From Selaginella moellendorffii (Eukaryota; Plantae; Lycopodiophyta), in NCBI RefSeq assembly GCF_000143415.4, contig NW_003314265.1, positions 3,840,443 to 3,904,442 on the forward strand: DNA of 64,000 bases. Direction: 5' to 3'. The notes under the pieces were generated by a model. The model did no database searches. It was given only the letters and a program-made list of their open reading frames with translations, and was not told the DNA's origin. Below, piece by piece: positions 61,200 to 64,000 of the stretch; positions within the stretch are counted from its first letter, which is position 1; each line of letters opens with the position of its first letter. Position numbers and translations under genes: made by a program.

Positions 61200-64000
61200 A
61201 TCCTTTTGTACAAAGTGTTCAATCGTTGCATATGCACAATTTCCGAAGGATCGGCCTGTTAGATGTCATATCAAACCTTATAAACTTGCGGTCCAACTTG
61301 CCGCAACATCTAATATGGACCTTTCCACTAAACAAGGAACCCCTTAGATAAACTACATAATAAAATGGGGAAAATGGACTAACACCAAGTCATCCACTTT
61401 ATACTCTGCAGATGGATGATGATAGCAATTGTAACACCATTGTTGTCCCACTTGTACGTGGCTCAAGTGTTCGGTAGACTTTATTTGAATAAGTGGAAGA
61501 ATGCTTATCAAATATTGATCCCACGACCTAGCATTGGTAGCCCGTGGCAATTGTTAAGGTAAACCAACTCTATTGGTAGTATTAGATCATGACCATATAG
61601 GAATTTATATGGTGAAACATCAATAAAACTCTACACCCCTGTGATGTATATATACCAAAGAGATGGAAAAAAACCATCCCAATCCGAATGCTGAAAGTTC
61701 ATATACTTTGCCATTATCCTTTTAAAGATATGAACGAGTCATTCCACCAAACCGTCTGACTGTGAATGATAAGCACTTGTGAAAGTGTGATATATCCCCA
61801 ACCAAAACATCAAAACATGAAATGCCTCAGCTATAAATATAGGACCATTATCTAAAAGAATCCATTATGGATAGGAATGTTGAAATACTACCTGATTGAA
61901 GAGGAAGTATTCAATAGCAATTGCAGATGTGTTAGCAAGAGCACTGACTTCCATCCAGTAAGTCAAGTAGTCAAAAGAAATAATGACATACTCATTACTA
62001 GCAGTCGATTGTGAAAAAGGTCCTGTCAAATCAAATGCCACCAACTTAAATGAATAGGAAATTACAATTGACTTCAGCCATCCTTCTGTAGCACAAAGGG
62101 TAGTATTACGAGCTTGACACCAAACACAACTATGCACATACCGGATAACATCACATCGCATCTTCGGACAATTTAAAGATTTGTGCAGCTTTTCAGTCAC
62201 ACAATAATGTCCAATATACCCACCTAAAATAGGAAAATCATGGTAAGCATGGAGAAAGTGTGGAATAAAGATTAAAAGCACCACTAACCATAAATGATTG
62301 TCAAGATCTGTCCCCAGAAAATAAAAAAGACAGTCTTCAAGGTGATATTGAGAATGTAAATGCCAAAATGGCAAGTCATCAGCAAATGATGCAAGATTCT
62401 CAAGCCCATCGCGAAGCTTTCGAATCCACAACTTAATTTTTTTAGCCTCACGAACCTCGTCAAGAGAAGGTAAATCTTACTCTGCACCTTGTGGACATTG
62501 AATGTCAAGTATAGCAATTGCCGATGGCACAAAATCTTCATTCAAAAAATCACAAACGTTAGAACAACAGGTTCATAAAAAATATGAGAAAAGAACGAAG
62601 ACGGAAGAGGAGCTCAAGAAAGGGCATCAACATCATCCATAGAACTCCTTGAGCAATGAACACTATCAAAATCATATATCTAAAGCTTCAAAGCCTACTA
62701 AGCAGTATGACCAATTAAGTTCTTTTGTTTTAATAATGAAATAACTATAGCATAATCACCTTTTAATAATGTCCGAGAACCATATAGATATGCATGAAGT
62801 TTCTCAAAACCTTAAACTGCTGCTAAACACTCTTTTTCTGTTGTGGAGTAGTTCACCTCTGTTGGTTATAATGTATGGTTGATATATGCAATGGGATGGT
62901 GCTAATTAGGTATACTTGAGCTCTCTTGCATCAACACACTTTCAAGATTGATATTAAAAGTATTTATGTGCAAAATGAAAGGTCAAGTGTAATTAGGATA
63001 TGCCAAAATTGGAGGAGTAGTTAATAGCTCTTTGAGATTCATAAACGCCTGCTCACAATCTACAAACCAGATAAAAGATGACATTGACGACTTTAGCGAT
63101 TAAAAAAATGATCAACAAACAATTGAGATATTGCACCTTGCCTAAGAAGCAATGCCCATCATTCACACCCTTCAGAGTAGGGAACTTTAGAATGGCCACA
63201 AGTTTGTCAGGATCAACTTGTAAACCCTTATGAGAAATATAATACCAAAATGAGTCATGTCTTTAGATTCAAACATGCACTTCGATCGCTTCAACTTTAA
63301 ACAAACTTCCCATAGCCGATCCAACACCTTACGAATGTCATAGACGTGTTCCTCTCATGTCCTCTTTGAGTGGATCAAAATATTATCGATGAAGTCAGTA
63401 GTCACTTTTAGCATATCACAAAAAACCTCATCCATCATCCATTGGAAAGTTCATAGAGCATTGTTTAAATAAAATGGCATCACTAAAAACTTATACAAAT
63501 CAAATGGTGTATGAAAAATAGTTTTAGGAATATCTTCTTCAGCCATTAGTACTTGCCAGTATTTAGAAGCAAAATTTAATTTAGTGAACTAACAACTTCT
63601 CCCTAGATGATCCAAGAGATTAACAGCATGAGGAAAAGGGTATATATCTAAGATTGTTACTTTGTTTAATAAATGATAGTCGATGTAAAAATGAATATTC
63701 CCATCAGACTTTGTCACAAGATGAGGTTTATAAAGCTAAGGACTCCATGACTTTTAAATAACTTTCTTTTCCAACATGTCTTTGACGTTTGCATATAAAA
63801 TCTTGATTTCTTTGGGTGACCAATGAATAACATAAACTTGATTATACAAGCATCCTTAGTTGGAATAGGATGATATATTGCAATCTTAGTCCTAGATAAT
63901 ATATCAAATTCAAAGAAATTGGCATACTCCTTTATGAGTCAGTCAACTGCTACAACCCAAAGACCATCAGAGGGATCAAAAAAGGAAAGAAAGGAATAAA
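61200..64000 (-). mobile_element. Decayed Ty3/gypsy pol (RT-RNaseH-integrase), running off the window
   Basis: EEDIPKTIFHTPFDLYKFLVMPF and FIDNILIHS RT remnants; HHCC-like and VAFDLTGPF..YVIISFDYLTYW integrase core; multiple stops. Confidence 0.85.

Overview
Eukaryotic (land-plant) nuclear DNA with very compact genes and ~50-70 bp introns. This fits a small-genome lycophyte such as Selaginella (inference, not verified). 1.4-22 kb is a dense block of conserved genes: APT, VPS9a, ATG8, tRNA-Val(CAC), eIF2B-epsilon, VTE3, SFT2-like, a P-class PPR, calmodulin-like, Tubby F-box, PEAPOD-type TIFY and a CAP10/GT90 glycosyltransferase. 22-48 kb holds an orphan secreted B-lectin gene and then a nested transposon island: a non-coding LTR element carrying a nested solo LTR, a decayed Ty3/gypsy, and inserted into that an ~11.9 kb TIR element (34012-45899, 8-9 bp TSD). 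The TIR element is the standout. Besides an intact-looking MULE/SWIM DDE transposase, it carries a divergently transcribed, intron-containing gene fusing a ParB/Srx-like domain to a bacterial-type beta-class N6-adenine/N4-cytosine DNA methyltransferase fold. It also has two paralogous inward-facing zf-XS-like small ORFs at its ends and three internal tandem-repeat arrays, so it may be a transposon-borne epigenetic or anti-silencing system. 48-61 kb contains RHM, a MaoC-like dehydratase overlapping head-to-head with glycyl-tRNA synthetase, three more GT90 copies, a secreted EUL lectin and duplicated gene fragments. 61-64 kb is a decayed gypsy pol. Two N-gaps (38153-38252, 39886-40217) interrupt the methyltransferase gene. 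All homology calls are by motif recognition; no searches were run.
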